Positions 27,571 through 38,180 are shown, numbered from the stretch's first letter. The stretch: 64,000 nucleotides of DNA from Candidatus Latescibacterota bacterium (GCA_965205975.1 OZ242195.1:5216001-5280000), one strand, 5' to 3'. Notes: generated by a model from the letters alone, not told the origin. Made by a program: numbers and translations.

Positions 27571-28159
27571 AATCGGCTGCGACTGTTTCGCGGGTTTTTA
27601 TTTTTTCGCGCTCTGCGATGAGCAGGTTCATCCAGTGTTTCATATACTGTCCGTGGTCGTTCCACACGCGGCCGCTGACCAAATTGCCGTCAATGACGCA
27701 CGGTTCATCGACGAAGATGCCGCCGCAGACTTCGAGGTCAAATTGGCATTTCCAAACGCAGGCCATGCGTCGCCCTTTGACTACGCCTGCGCGACACGGG
27801 ATTTCAACGCCGTGGCAGACGCTGGCAACGGGTTTGTTGTGTTCAAAGAAATAGCGCGTGATGCGAATGAGGTCGGGGTCGTCGCGAATGTATTCGGGGG
27901 CGCGACCGCCAGAGAAGAAGATGCCGACATATTCGGAGGGGTCAACGTCTCGAAAGGCGATGTCTGCGTTGATCGAATACCCTTTCCATTCTTCGGTGAT
28001 GTCCCAGCCAGGGGAGATTTCGTGGAGTACCATTTGATAGCGCCGCTTGTCTGGTCCCGCGACAACGGGGGTGAATCCGTCTTCCTGTATTCTGAGAAAT
28101 GGGTATAGCGTATCGACGGTTTCTGTGGCGTCTCCAACGATGATGAGAACTTTGTCCAT
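27569..28159 (-). CDS. DJ-1/PfpI family protein
   Basis: 'SGGRAPEYIR', 'KPVASVCHG', 'DGNLVSGR'; AGGAG before ATG 28159. Confidence 0.88.
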   Translation of the reverse strand: MDKVLIIVGDATETVDTLYPFLRIQEDGFTPVVAGPDKRRYQMVLHEISPGWDITEEWKGYSINADIAFRDVDPSEYVGIFFSGGRAPEYIRDDPDLIRITRYFFEHNKPVASVCHGVEIPCRAGVVKGRRMACVWKCQFDLEVCGGIFVDEPCVIDGNLVSGRVWNDHGQYMKHWMNLLIAEREKIKTRETVAAD

Positions 28160-28249
28160 GACGGTCTCCTTTAAAAGGTGATAAGGTACCGGGTAAATTA
28201 GCCTCTTAAAAATAGAAATCAAACGGTTTTTATTGCAATGTTCAAAAAT

Positions 28250-28283
28250 AAAAAAGCGACCGGGGGCAAAAGCCCAGGGTCGC
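28250..28283 (-). terminator. Intrinsic terminator after ino1
   Basis: Minus strand GCGACCCTGGGC-TTTT-GCCCCCGGTCGC-TTTTTT; a second hairpin lies at 28302-28329. Confidence 0.7.
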
Positions 28284-28343
28284 TTAAAATATAAGATAAA
28301 CACAGTGCCTGCCAAATGGCAAGCACTGTGCAGGAGAGAGGTT

Positions 28344-29429
28344 TTACTCTTTTAAGCCGTACTGGCGAATAAAATCACTCGTCATTTCGCGAGCTTGATC
28401 GTCGCTGAATTGTTTGGGAGGCGATTTCATCAGGTAAGACGAGGGTCCCATCAAGGGGCCTTTGAGGCCGTGGTTGAGGGCGAGTTTGCAGAGCCTGACT
28501 GCGTCGATGACTACGCCCGCTGAGTTCGGTGAGTCCCAGACTTCGAGTTTGAGTTCCAGGTTGAGTGGTACGCCGCCAAAGGTTTCGCCTTCCATGCGGA
28601 TATGACACCATTTGCGGTCTTCCAGCCAGGGGATGTGATCGCTGGGACCAACGTGAATATTGTCTTCTCCCAGGTCGTAATCGAGTTGAGAGGTGACGGC
28701 TTGTGTTTTGGAGATTTTTTTCGATTCCAGGCGTTCGCGTTCGAGCATGTTGTAAAAGTCGGTATTGCCGCCAAAATTGAGTTGATACGTTTTGGTGAGT
28801 TTGACGCCGCGTTCGCGGAACAGGCGGGTGAGCACGCGGTGGGTGATGGTGGCGCCGACCTGTGATTTGATGTCGTCGCCGATGAGGGGCAGGCCGCGTT
28901 TTTCAAAGCGCTCGGGCCAGTGTCCGGCACTGGCGATAAAGACGGGCATGCAGTTGACAAAAGCACATCCGGCTTGGAGGACTTGTTCCACATACCACTT
29001 CGTGGCCTGTTCGCTGCCCACAGGAAGGTAATTGACGACGACATCTGTGCGCGTGGCTTTGAGGACTTCGGCAATGTCAACGGTGTCGCCTTCGGCTTTT
29101 GTGATGACTTGATCGAGATATTTGCCCAGTCCATCGTGGGTCATGCCGCGGTAAACGGGAATGTCGAGGTGGGGGACATCGGCAAATTTGATGGTGTTGT
29201 TAGGGTGTGCAAAGATGGCTTCGCTCAAGTCTTTGCCCACTTTTTCCGCGTTGACGTCAAAGGCGGCAGAAAATTCAATGTCGCGGATGTGATAGCCGCC
29301 CAGGTTGGGGTGCATCAATCCGGGGATGAAATCATCTTCAGAAGCGTTTTTGTAGTATTCGATGCCCTGTACAAGGGAGGATGCACAGTTGCCTACACCG
29401 ATGATGGCGACTCGGACTTTGGAGGACAT
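28344..29429 (-). CDS. ino1: myo-inositol-1-phosphate synthase
   Basis: '[12 protein letters not shown]', 'YLPVGS', '[15 protein letters not shown]', '[10 protein letters not shown]', 'VWDSPNSAG'. Confidence 0.95.
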   Translation of the reverse strand: MSSKVRVAIIGVGNCASSLVQGIEYYKNASEDDFIPGLMHPNLGGYHIRDIEFSAAFDVNAEKVGKDLSEAIFAHPNNTIKFADVPHLDIPVYRGMTHDGLGKYLDQVITKAEGDTVDIAEVLKATRTDVVVNYLPVGSEQATKWYVEQVLQAGCAFVNCMPVFIASAGHWPERFEKRGLPLIGDDIKSQVGATITHRVLTRLFRERGVKLTKTYQLNFGGNTDFYNMLERERLESKKISKTQAVTSQLDYDLGEDNIHVGPSDHIPWLEDRKWCHIRMEGETFGGVPLNLELKLEVWDSPNSAGVVIDAVRLCKLALNHGLKGPLMGPSSYLMKSPPKQFSDDQAREMTSDFIRQYGLKE

Positions 29430-29525
29430 AATTCTTCTCCTTGCGTGAAAAGAGTTCATAAAATATTGTCGGACAAATGTCTGTGATTTTTTCTTATTAG
29501 ACAAATCAATAATTGCTATATTATA

Positions 29526-29542
29526 TATAGATAAAATCTATA
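29526..29542. promoter_or_regulatory. LysR-type operator palindrome between divergent ino1 and lysR
   Basis: TATAGAT-AAA-ATCTATA, containing ATAG-N7-CTAT (T-N11-A). Confidence 0.65.
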
Positions 29543-29568
29543 GATTCCATTCTGGGTTGGAGCGAGAT

Positions 29569-30492
29569 ATGAATCTTTATCATTTGCGTTATTTTTTGTC
29601 TGTTGCACAAACCGGGAGTTTTAGCCAGGCAGCACGGGAGATGCATGTGACTCAGCCAACGGTGAGTAGTGGTATTGCTGAATTGGAAAAGACTATGGGG
29701 GTGAGGCTTTTTAACCGGGGTGGCAAGCGCGTGGCGTTGACAATGGAAGGGCGCACGCTGGTGAATTATGCGATGCAGATTCAGGATCTGGTCGAAGAGG
29801 TAGAAGACCACTTGCAGCGGCGCGATGTGTTGCCGGGGGAGGGGTTTCAGTTTGGCGCGATTGATGCGGCTGTGACGTATTTGTTGCCGGATATTTTGAA
29901 GGATTATATGCGCGCTTATCCCAGTGTTTTTCTGTCTGCACAGGTGGCACCGTCGCGTTATCTGGTAGATGATCTGCTGATGAATCGCTCAGAGTTTGCG
30001 GTTATTTCACTGCCTTATGATCATCCGCGTGTGGAGACGGTGTCGATTTATCGGGATTCTATGCCGCTTGTGGTTGGGGCATCTCATCCTTTTGCTGTGC
30101 GAGAAAGCGCGACTTTGCAAGAGGTGGTGCAAGAGCCTTTGATTTTGTTTCACACCGATTCCATATCGCGCAAAATCGTGGATGAGCGATTTGCAGAAGC
30201 AGGTGTGTCTCCCGGCGTGGTGATGGAGATGCGAAGCCCGGAGGCGATGCGAAAGCTGGTGGAGGTTGGTGTTGGGATTTCGTTTTTGCCTATGCTAACT
30301 GTGCAGGAGTCTCTGGATGCCGGGGCGTTAAAGGTGGTGGATGTGGAGGGGGTGGCATTTAGCCGCGAGATCGGGGTGGCGTGGCGGCGAGGGCGCTATT
30401 TTAGTGCGGCGATTCGGTATTTGATTGAGGCGATTTTTGAAGCATACCAGGGGCTGGAGGTCTGGCAAGAGAAGGTGGGAGGTGCAAAATGA
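29569..30492 (+). CDS. LysR family transcriptional regulator
   Basis: 'LRYFLSVAQTGSFSQAAREMHVTQPTVSSGIAELEKTMGVRLFNR'. Confidence 0.92.
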   Translation: MNLYHLRYFLSVAQTGSFSQAAREMHVTQPTVSSGIAELEKTMGVRLFNRGGKRVALTMEGRTLVNYAMQIQDLVEEVEDHLQRRDVLPGEGFQFGAIDAAVTYLLPDILKDYMRAYPSVFLSAQVAPSRYLVDDLLMNRSEFAVISLPYDHPRVETVSIYRDSMPLVVGASHPFAVRESATLQEVVQEPLILFHTDSISRKIVDERFAEAGVSPGVVMEMRSPEAMRKLVEVGVGISFLPMLTVQESLDAGALKVVDVEGVAFSREIGVAWRRGRYFSAAIRYLIEAIFEAYQGLEVWQEKVGGAK

Positions 30493-30497
30493 GTATG

Positions 30498-31667
30498 CTA
30501 AAACTTGAATGTTTTGCGTTCGGTTTGTTCAAGGGTTTGTTCGATGAGGGGGGCGAGGTCGAGCTTGGATTCGATTTCGCGGACTTTTTCCAAATTGGCG
30601 CGCGTTTCGGGGTGTTTGGGTACAAAGACAGAACAACAATCCTCGTAGGGTTCGATGGAGATTTGATATGTGCCAATGCGCCGTGCTTCGTTGATGATTT
30701 CTTCTTTGTTGTCACCGGCTAATGGACGCAAGATGGGTAGCGGGGTAACATCTTCGATGGCGCGCATGTTCGACAGGGTCTGCGAGGCGACCTGTCCGAC
30801 GTTTTCGCCTGTGACAAGTGCGAGGGCATCGACTTTTTGGGCAATGGCTTCTGCAATGCGCAGCATGGCGCGGCGGTAGAGAATGACGCGATAGCTCGCA
30901 GGCGCTCGCATCATGATGTGGCGTTGAATTTCGACAAATGGCACCAGGTACAGGTCCGATACGTATTGATGCCGGGTGAGGAGTCGCACGAGGTCTTCGG
31001 TGTTGCGCTGGGAATTGCGATTGGTATAGGGCTGACTGTGAAAATGCACATAAGTCAGTTTGACACCTCGTTTCATAATTTTGTAAGAAGCCACAGGTGA
31101 GTCAATTCCCGAAGAGATGAGGCTTACTGCGCTTTCATTGGATCCGACGGGTAAACCCCCTGGTGCCGGAATTTTTTCGGCGTAGATAAATATGCGTTGT
31201 GGGGCAATTTCAATAAAACAGGTGAGGTCTGGATTGTCCATCAGGACGCGGGCACCCGACAGGGTTTGAATATGCTTGCCCACATCCCGGTTGATTTGAT
31301 CCGAATTGAGGGGAAAGGTTTTGTCGCCACGTCTGGTGACAATTTTGAATGATTCGAAATCGGTTTTTTGTGCAAGTGCCCAGGTAGTTTCTCGAATGGC
31401 TTCGATATTGCGTTTGGCCACGACTGCTTCGGAAAAGTTGGCGATGCCAAAGACTGTTGAGAGTCGTTCTCGGATAACATCTATCGGCGATTCTGAGGTG
31501 AGTGAGAGCATCATGCGGCCCGATAGGCGCTCGAGTTTTCCACAGGGCACGTCTTTGAGTGCGCGGTTGATGTTGGTCATCAGACGCCGTTCAAATTTGC
31601 CCCGGTTTTTGCCTTTGAGGCCAATTTCGTGATAGTGTATGAGTATGAAGCGGGCGTTGGTCGTCAT
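30498..31667 (-). CDS. thiI: tRNA 4-thiouridine synthase ThiI (no rhodanese domain)
   Basis: 'YHEIGLKGKNR', THUMP domain, 'GGLPVGS', PP-loop 'SSGIDSPVA', 'GQVASQT', 'EDCC'. Confidence 0.93.
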   Translation of the reverse strand: MTTNARFILIHYHEIGLKGKNRGKFERRLMTNINRALKDVPCGKLERLSGRMMLSLTSESPIDVIRERLSTVFGIANFSEAVVAKRNIEAIRETTWALAQKTDFESFKIVTRRGDKTFPLNSDQINRDVGKHIQTLSGARVLMDNPDLTCFIEIAPQRIFIYAEKIPAPGGLPVGSNESAVSLISSGIDSPVASYKIMKRGVKLTYVHFHSQPYTNRNSQRNTEDLVRLLTRHQYVSDLYLVPFVEIQRHIMMRAPASYRVILYRRAMLRIAEAIAQKVDALALVTGENVGQVASQTLSNMRAIEDVTPLPILRPLAGDNKEEIINEARRIGTYQISIEPYEDCCSVFVPKHPETRANLEKVREIESKLDLAPLIEQTLEQTERKTFKF

Positions 31668-31675
31668 GAGATGGG

Positions 31676-33244
31676 TCAGGAGTTAAGGGCTAAATCGCGC
31701 TGGAGTATAACGAGGGTTATGTCGTCGGTGCGCCGCGCTTTGCCAATAAAGGATTTGACATCGGCTACGAGGTCGGCAATCAGGTCTGTGGGTGTCCGGT
31801 CTATGGATGCGCGTTCGAGACAACGGACAAATCGGTCGTCGTCAAAGAAGTTGCGTTTGGCATTTTGGGCTTCGACAACACCATCGGAGTAGAGCACGAG
31901 GCGATCACCGGGCGCGAGTGTTAAATGTTCAACGCGATAGGGAGTTTGGGGGCGTATAAGTGCCGGGATGCCAAGGGGATATCCCGCTAGGTCGATAAAT
32001 TGAGATTGATTGGATAGATGGATCGGTGGACAATGTCCTGCGCTTGCAAGCGTGACTTCGCCGGTGGGTACGTCGAGCACGGCGATGCAGCAGGTGATAA
32101 ATGTGGTCTGGTCAATCTGACCTTCCAGTGAGTCATTAAGACCGTCGAGAATATCGGCTGGCGCAACGCGATTTTGGCATTCATAGCGGAGCATTTCATT
32201 GAAACGCACGGCGGTCACGGCTGCTTCCATGGCTTTGCCAGAGACATCGGCAACGACTATGCCGAGTTTTGTTTTTTCTTTATCCAACCAGCGGTACGTA
32301 TAGTAATCCCCGCCGACGCTGTTGGCGGGAATACAGGTTCCGTCGAGTGCATAACCAGGCAGGTCGGGACTGGATTGCGGCAATAGACCCATTTGCATGT
32401 CGTGTGCTGTTTGCAATTCATCGCGCATTTCGGAAAATTGTTGTTTGTAGCTTTCCCACTGTCGCGCTTCTTCGCAGAGGGTCTGGTTGTAGGCCGATGC
32501 AAAAATTCCGAGCGCGAGGGGCTGAAAGAGGACGAAGACACAGAATGTGGCGAAGGTATTATCGACGATGTTCTCGACGAGTATCACTGAGCCGACAAGA
32601 ATTCCGAGCGCGGTGAGTATAAGCGCGCAGTGGCGAAAGAAACCGTAGCGTTCAACGGCTTTGCGGCTTTCGACATAGGCTTCATCAATGTGTACCCCGC
32701 GGTCTGCTGCCAAAAGATAGATATAGAAGCATTTGACAACAAAAATGAGGCCGGGTAAAAATAAGAGGCAAGCTGCCGGAATGACGGCATAATAAATAAT
32801 ATTTTTATCTTCTAAAAATCTTCCAATGTTTTCTGGTGCAGCGGGGATATCCCAGGTCGTTTCTCGGGCGACGACCTGTTTGAATGCATTGAGCAGGAAT
32901 GCAAAGAAATCACTGTTCACAAAAACCAGCACTACAATGAGGGCGAAGCCGAGAATAAAAAACAAAAAAATAAAAATATTCATCGAAAAAAAACGGACGA
33001 AACGAATGATCTGCCCAAATAGATCTTGCATACGGGGTTTTGCTCCTTGCTGCGCGCGCAAGATCATGATGGCAAAGCCAGCATATAAGCTGCCCAGGAG
33101 CAAAGTGCCCGATATCGCACTCAGGAGTATTGCCAAAAATGAAGCGAGGAACAAAATGGGCAGGTGGCTCGCCCAGGAGGATATGCTGTCGTTGAGACAG
33201 CGAAAGAATTGGAGATTTGCCCGAACGGGGATGTCGAGAGCCAT
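31676..33244 (-). CDS. Membrane-bound PP2C/SpoIIE (RsbU-like) serine phosphatase
   Basis: N-terminal TMs; 'VGGDYY', 'VADVSGK', 'SAGH', 'LYSDGVVE', 'DDITL'. Confidence 0.88.
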   Translation of the reverse strand: MALDIPVRANLQFFRCLNDSISSWASHLPILFLASFLAILLSAISGTLLLGSLYAGFAIMILRAQQGAKPRMQDLFGQIIRFVRFFSMNIFIFLFFILGFALIVVLVFVNSDFFAFLLNAFKQVVARETTWDIPAAPENIGRFLEDKNIIYYAVIPAACLLFLPGLIFVVKCFYIYLLAADRGVHIDEAYVESRKAVERYGFFRHCALILTALGILVGSVILVENIVDNTFATFCVFVLFQPLALGIFASAYNQTLCEEARQWESYKQQFSEMRDELQTAHDMQMGLLPQSSPDLPGYALDGTCIPANSVGGDYYTYRWLDKEKTKLGIVVADVSGKAMEAAVTAVRFNEMLRYECQNRVAPADILDGLNDSLEGQIDQTTFITCCIAVLDVPTGEVTLASAGHCPPIHLSNQSQFIDLAGYPLGIPALIRPQTPYRVEHLTLAPGDRLVLYSDGVVEAQNAKRNFFDDDRFVRCLERASIDRTPTDLIADLVADVKSFIGKARRTDDITLVILQRDLALNS

Positions 33245-33249
33245 AACAA

Positions 33250-34659
33250 TCAGGGTTTTTCTTTGTTGAGTTTGTATTTGCGGTACAGGTGGCGAAATTG
33301 GTCGTAGCTGAGTTTGAGTTGTTTGGCGGCGTCGCGCTGGTTCCAGGAGACTTTATTGAGGATGCGTCGCAATAGACTCAGTTCAAAGGATTGCACTTGT
33401 GATTCAAAGCTGTCGTTCAATTCGGGTGATTGGGGTGCTTGTTGCGAAACTTCGGGGGGCAAATCGCCCGGTTCAATCTCTGTCCCTCGGGCGACACAGG
33501 CCGCGCGTTCGGCTGCAAATTTGAGTTCGCGCACATTGCCCGGCCAGCGATATGTCATCAGGCGTTCTATTGCCGCATCGGAAAAATCGCGTTTTTGAAG
33601 GCCCGGTACTTCCTCGACGATTTGCGCGACAAAATAATCGGCTAATGCGGGAATGTCTTCGAGGCGTTCGCGCAATGGGGGCATGTGCAAAACTTCAAAG
33701 CGCAATCTGTCGTAGAGGTCCTGACGGAATCGACCTTCGGCAATTTCCGTTTCGAGATCGGTATTCGTGGCGGCAATAACGCGAACATCGACAAAAATGG
33801 GGGTCGCACTGCCCACGCGCTGGATTTCGCTATATTCAATGGCGCGCAATACGTTTTGCTGAAACTCGGGGGTGGTGTTGCCAATTTCATCGAGGAATAG
33901 AGTGCCGCCACTCGCGGCTTCAAATTTGCCCGGGCGGGCTTCTGTCGCGCCTGTATAAGCCCCTTGTTCGTGTCCAAAGAGTTCGCTTTCGAGCAATTGG
34001 TCGGCAATGGCGGCGCAATTGACTTTGACAAAGGGACGGTCTTTGCGGTCACTGCCATAGTGGATGGCAGCGGCGACGAGTTCTTTGCCCGTTCCGGGTT
34101 CGCCTGTGATGAGCGCGGGCCTGGGGATGGGGGCTACGGTTTGCGCTCGCTGAAGAATTTGCTGGAGTTTGGGGCTGGAGCCGATGATTTGATAACGCTT
34201 GCCAAATTCGTCCCGGTAGAATTGGTTTTCGCGCCCCAGGTCCTGAACTTCGGCTCGCAGTTGGGCGTTTTCTCTGAGTGCTTGATACACGCGGTCGAGT
34301 TTTTCAAGGCTGAGTTCGATTTTGTCTTCTATATAAAAGTCTTTTTCAATAAAGTCTGTTGCGCCCAATCGCAATGCAGCTACGGCAGTATCTATTGTGC
34401 CCTGGCCGGTAAGCATAATGACGGGAAGGGCGGGAACCGCTTCGAGCATTTGCGGTAAAATTTCGAGGCCATCGGGTTCATTGGGACCGTAATCGAGGTC
34501 GAGAATGGCCAGACTAATCTGATCGGGATACTGTTTGAGATATGTTAGAGCTTCGCGCCCTGTCGAAAAGGCATGGACAGTCCGCGTGTCGTCTCGCAGG
34601 CTTCGAATTAGCATGTCGAGGACTTCGATCTGGTCGTCAGCAACGATAATTTCGGTCAT
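33250..34659 (-). CDS. Sigma54-dependent response regulator: receiver + PspF-like AAA+ + HTH
   Basis: REC 'VADD...ILDL...LTG...FIEK'; 'GEPGTGKE', 'GAYTGA', 'LFLDEI', 'WPGNVREL'; PspF-like 'LRAIEY', 'DLYDRLRFEV', 'NQRDAAKQLKLSYDQFR'. Confidence 0.9.
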   Translation of the reverse strand: MTEIIVADDQIEVLDMLIRSLRDDTRTVHAFSTGREALTYLKQYPDQISLAILDLDYGPNEPDGLEILPQMLEAVPALPVIMLTGQGTIDTAVAALRLGATDFIEKDFYIEDKIELSLEKLDRVYQALRENAQLRAEVQDLGRENQFYRDEFGKRYQIIGSSPKLQQILQRAQTVAPIPRPALITGEPGTGKELVAAAIHYGSDRKDRPFVKVNCAAIADQLLESELFGHEQGAYTGATEARPGKFEAASGGTLFLDEIGNTTPEFQQNVLRAIEYSEIQRVGSATPIFVDVRVIAATNTDLETEIAEGRFRQDLYDRLRFEVLHMPPLRERLEDIPALADYFVAQIVEEVPGLQKRDFSDAAIERLMTYRWPGNVRELKFAAERAACVARGTEIEPGDLPPEVSQQAPQSPELNDSFESQVQSFELSLLRRILNKVSWNQRDAAKQLKLSYDQFRHLYRKYKLNKEKP

Positions 34660-34681
34660 GGGAGAAATATTGAAAAGGGTC

Positions 34682-35950
34682 TTATTGAATAAATTCTTCT
34701 GCTATAGGATCGCGCGAGGTGTCGGGAACGCTGTGTTGCAGACCAATGCTGTCTTGTTGTGTTGAGACTTCAAAATCGACAGGCAGGTCAATGCGAAAAA
34801 CCGCGCCTGCGCCCGGGCGACTGATCACGCGTAGCGTGCCGCGGTGTGCCGCTGCAATGCGAGAGCAGATGCTCAGCCCATATCCATTGCCCCTTTCCCG
34901 CGTTGAAAATCCGGGGTCAAATATACGGGTTTGCAAGTTTTCGGGAATACCGGGACCATTGTCTTCCACTTCAATATATACCGAACTGCGCTCTGTGTCG
35001 GCGCCGACCTGTACTGTTACCACGCCATTGTCTTCAACGGCTTCGATGGCGTTGAGGGTCAGGTTTGTGACGGCTTCAGATAACATGCCTGCGTCCGCTT
35101 TTACCTGAGGTACATGAGGTTCGGCTGCAAATGTGAGTTCTTTTTGCCCTGCTCGTGCAGAGAGTTTATGGGTTATTTTTCCAATGAGTTGAGGCACATC
35201 GACCAGCGCGAGATTCATGGTGTCTTGTTTCATAGACCGCAAGTAGGCAACCCATTGGTTGTAGATGTGTTCTTGTTCGTGTGCGATGTCTTTTAGATCA
35301 TCCAGGCCGTGTGTATCTGGCGGTAAATTGCGTATGGCGCGGCGCATTCGGCTGCCAGAGAGGCCCATCAGATTTTTGATGCGGTGGCCGTGCGTGTAGA
35401 GGCTTTCATAGACTTGGGCACGGCCCAGGTCTATGAGTTCGAGAGATAGGCGGGCGAGAATACCCGGTGCTCTAACGCCAAATTCTTCGGTGATGCTTTC
35501 GTATTCGCGTTCCATTTGTGTCGAACTCATGTGGTGAAAGAGCAGCCGAGCGAGATTGCCATAGGGCAGCATGTAATCGGGTTCGAGGTGTATGGCGATT
35601 TTAAACTCGCCAAGTGCCGATAAAATTTGCCCATTTTGCATGAGCAAAACGCCCAGGTTGTTATGCCCGGGCGCGAAGAGTGGATCGGCTTCTAAACCCC
35701 GGCGATAAACGGGAATCGCTCGAGATGCGTTTTCAGGAAAGTCATCGAGCAGGCTGCCCAACAAAAAACAGACGCGGTCAATGAGGGCTTGTTCACCACC
35801 CCGGTTATCGACAGACAAAATGTATTCGAGGTGTTCAACCGCTTTTTTGTAGTCGTCTGAACCCGGTGCTGCCCCGCGAGCGTGTTGCAGGGCCGTTTGG
35901 AAACGGGCTTCCAGATCCAGATCGGAGATTATGTTCAGGGTGTTGGACAT
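34682..35950 (-). CDS. Cytoplasmic sensor histidine kinase with N-terminal TPRs
   Basis: TPR 'GHNNLGVLL', 'YGNLARL'; H-box 'GHRIKN'; 'NLTLNAIEA', 'DNGPGI', 'GNGYGL'; no TM. Confidence 0.88.
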   Translation of the reverse strand: MSNTLNIISDLDLEARFQTALQHARGAAPGSDDYKKAVEHLEYILSVDNRGGEQALIDRVCFLLGSLLDDFPENASRAIPVYRRGLEADPLFAPGHNNLGVLLMQNGQILSALGEFKIAIHLEPDYMLPYGNLARLLFHHMSSTQMEREYESITEEFGVRAPGILARLSLELIDLGRAQVYESLYTHGHRIKNLMGLSGSRMRRAIRNLPPDTHGLDDLKDIAHEQEHIYNQWVAYLRSMKQDTMNLALVDVPQLIGKITHKLSARAGQKELTFAAEPHVPQVKADAGMLSEAVTNLTLNAIEAVEDNGVVTVQVGADTERSSVYIEVEDNGPGIPENLQTRIFDPGFSTRERGNGYGLSICSRIAAAHRGTLRVISRPGAGAVFRIDLPVDFEVSTQQDSIGLQHSVPDTSRDPIAEEFIQ

Positions 35951-35972
35951 GGCTGTACTTGCGCGTTGTCGC

Positions 35973-37559
35973 CTACGCCTCTGCGTCTTCTGAAGTATCG
36001 GATTTGCCGTTTTCCCCTGCCGTTTGTTCGCCGTTCATTTTGCCCAGAAATTCGGGTAATTCAAGCCCGGCCAGACGCGCCAGATCGTGCATAGGCGGTA
36101 TGGCACCCATGAGGCGTTGTCCCAGGTTGGACATGCCACTCTCGCCATTGCCGCTATCCCAGACCATTACTTTGTCGATGGGTAAGTTGCTAATGGCTTC
36201 TGCCTGGATGTTGGCGACTTCGGTGAGGCGTTCGATGATCAGGAAGGCCGCTGCTGCCTGGTCGTTGCTGCCACAGGCTTCAACGAGTTGTCTGTATCCT
36301 TCTGCTTTGGCGTTGAGGATGGCCTGAGTCCCTTCGGCTTCTGCCTGTTTTTGTGCGAGAATGGCAGCGGCTTCACCTTCGGCAATAAGTCGTAGCTGTT
36401 CTTTTTCGGCTTCTGCTTGAACGACCTGGCGTTGTTTTTCGGCTTCTGCCTGAACGACGATTTCTGCGCGTAAGCGCGCTTCTTCGCGCAGTGCTCGGGC
36501 TTCTTCGGCTGCTTTTTCAGCGGTTTCCTGCGCGACGCGAATGGCGCCGTCGGTGGCTTTGGTCGCTTCTTCTGATTTTCGGCGCGCTTCTTCTTCTGCC
36601 ACGCGTTGTCCTGCGCGATAGCCGGCTGTTTTTGCTTCTGCTTCTGTTTCTGATTGTACGGCTTCTGCTTCGAGAGCCGCGACATTTTGGCGTTTGTCTC
36701 GCCCGGCCTGTGCTTCGCCAATTTCGGCTTCTGATTCGAGTGCGGCAACTTGTCGTCGTCTGTCGCGTGCAGCTTCAGATTCACCGATTTCGGCTTCTGA
36801 TTCGAGTGCGGCAACTTGTCGTCGTCTGTTTCGCGCGGCTTCTGCTTCGCCAACTTCGGCTTCTGATTCGGCTGCGGCGACGTCCCGACGGCGGTCGCGT
36901 GCGCGTTCGGCCACGCCGACCTGTCCGTGTCGTTCTTGTTCGGCTACGTCGATAGATGCCTGATTCACGGCTTCAGCCGCTGCTTTTTGGCCGATGGCTT
37001 TGATGTAGCCGCTTTCGTCGTCGAGGTCTTTGATGTTGACGTTGATAACGGCCAGACCAATTTTTTCCATTTCAGTGGAGACGGCGTCATTTACTTTGGT
37101 CATGAATGCCTGCCGGTCCTGATTGATTTCTTCGATTTGCATGGTTGCAATGACTGCGCGCATCTGGCCGAGAATGATGTCCTGTGCCTGACTCTGAATT
37201 TGATCGCGGGAAAGGCCCAGGAGGCGAATGGCCGCGTTTTGCATGATGCCGGGCTGATTGGAGACGGCTGCTGTGACTGTGGTGGGCACGGATACGCGGA
37301 TGTTTTCCTGTGATAGCGCGTTGTCCAGGTCGATGGGCACGACAAAGGGTTCGAGGTCTAGGTACTCGTAATCCTGCAAAAGGGGCAGGACAAAAGCTGC
37401 GCCACCGTGTACACATTTTGCGGCTGTGCCACCTCCCGTTTTGCCGTAGATGACGAGGATTTTGTTGGATGGACAGCGCTTGTAACGCGAGATAAATGTG
37501 AGGAACAGCAATAATACAACGGCTGATAGGATGACGATGAGAATGAATTCGGTGGGCAT
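35973..37559 (-). CDS. Flotillin/SPFH domain protein
   Basis: N-terminal TM, 'RYKRCPSNKILVIYGK', SPFH domain, long Ala/Glu coiled coil. Confidence 0.92.
   Translation of the reverse strand: MPTEFILIVILSAVVLLLFLTFISRYKRCPSNKILVIYGKTGGGTAAKCVHGGAAFVLPLLQDYEYLDLEPFVVPIDLDNALSQENIRVSVPTTVTAAVSNQPGIMQNAAIRLLGLSRDQIQSQAQDIILGQMRAVIATMQIEEINQDRQAFMTKVNDAVSTEMEKIGLAVINVNIKDLDDESGYIKAIGQKAAAEAVNQASIDVAEQERHGQVGVAERARDRRRDVAAAESEAEVGEAEAARNRRRQVAALESEAEIGESEAARDRRRQVAALESEAEIGEAQAGRDKRQNVAALEAEAVQSETEAEAKTAGYRAGQRVAEEEARRKSEEATKATDGAIRVAQETAEKAAEEARALREEARLRAEIVVQAEAEKQRQVVQAEAEKEQLRLIAEGEAAAILAQKQAEAEGTQAILNAKAEGYRQLVEACGSNDQAAAAFLIIERLTEVANIQAEAISNLPIDKVMVWDSGNGESGMSNLGQRLMGAIPPMHDLARLAGLELPEFLGKMNGEQTAGENGKSDTSEDAEA
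36655..36920 (-). repeat. 66-bp (22-aa) tandem coding repeats in the flotillin coiled coil
   Basis: atttcggcttctgattcgagtgcggcaacttgtcgtcgtctgt at both 36721 and 36787. Confidence 0.85.
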
Positions 37560-37574
37560 GGGACCTCCTTTGGT

Positions 37575-38180
37575 TCAGGATTGAATGGGTTCGACTTCAA
37601 CGGTGGTTATGTCGAGTGTTCGCAGTACGCGAACCGGCGTTTTGTTATGGATGTGCTGCCCGTCTTTGCTGCGCGCAGAGACATAGTTGACAGCCCCGCT
37701 TTCCATCACGCGAATTTGACCGGCACCATTTTCGGGGATGTCGATATAGACTTCGCCTTCATTGCCGATGCAGGATGATAGGTTTCGGTTATGCGATTCG
37801 GAGAGTTGTTGCACTTTGTAGAAGAAGTACGCAACCAGGACCATCCCCGCGCCGCCCCAGACGAGGCCGCGAAGAACCGACTCTTCGATTGAGAGGCCCA
37901 GGTCGAGGTAGAGTGCGCCCGCCCATCCAAAGAGCATGCCAAAGGCGATCACAGAGCGCAGTGAGAGCAGTTGAAAGGTTGCGACACCGTGATCATAAGG
38001 ACTATTATCGACATCTGGGCCTGCATCGTTGGCATTGAAGTCGTCGGCAAGGCTATCTGCGGAATCGCCCAGGCCGATGAGTGTCGTGATAAATTGCCAG
38101 AGAAACAAAAGGGTGAAGAAGACAGCACAGCCATAGAATGCCTGATTGAGAGGCGCGAGTTCTGTCCACCATGCCTGCAT
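37575..38180 (-). CDS. NfeD-like (YqiJ/YuaF-type) membrane protein with OB-fold, flotillin partner
   Basis: 3 TMs, 'IGNEGEVYIDIPENGAGQI'; GGAGG before ATG 38180. Confidence 0.82.
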   Translation of the reverse strand: MQAWWTELAPLNQAFYGCAVFFTLLFLWQFITTLIGLGDSADSLADDFNANDAGPDVDNSPYDHGVATFQLLSLRSVIAFGMLFGWAGALYLDLGLSIEESVLRGLVWGGAGMVLVAYFFYKVQQLSESHNRNLSSCIGNEGEVYIDIPENGAGQIRVMESGAVNYVSARSKDGQHIHNKTPVRVLRTLDITTVEVEPIQS

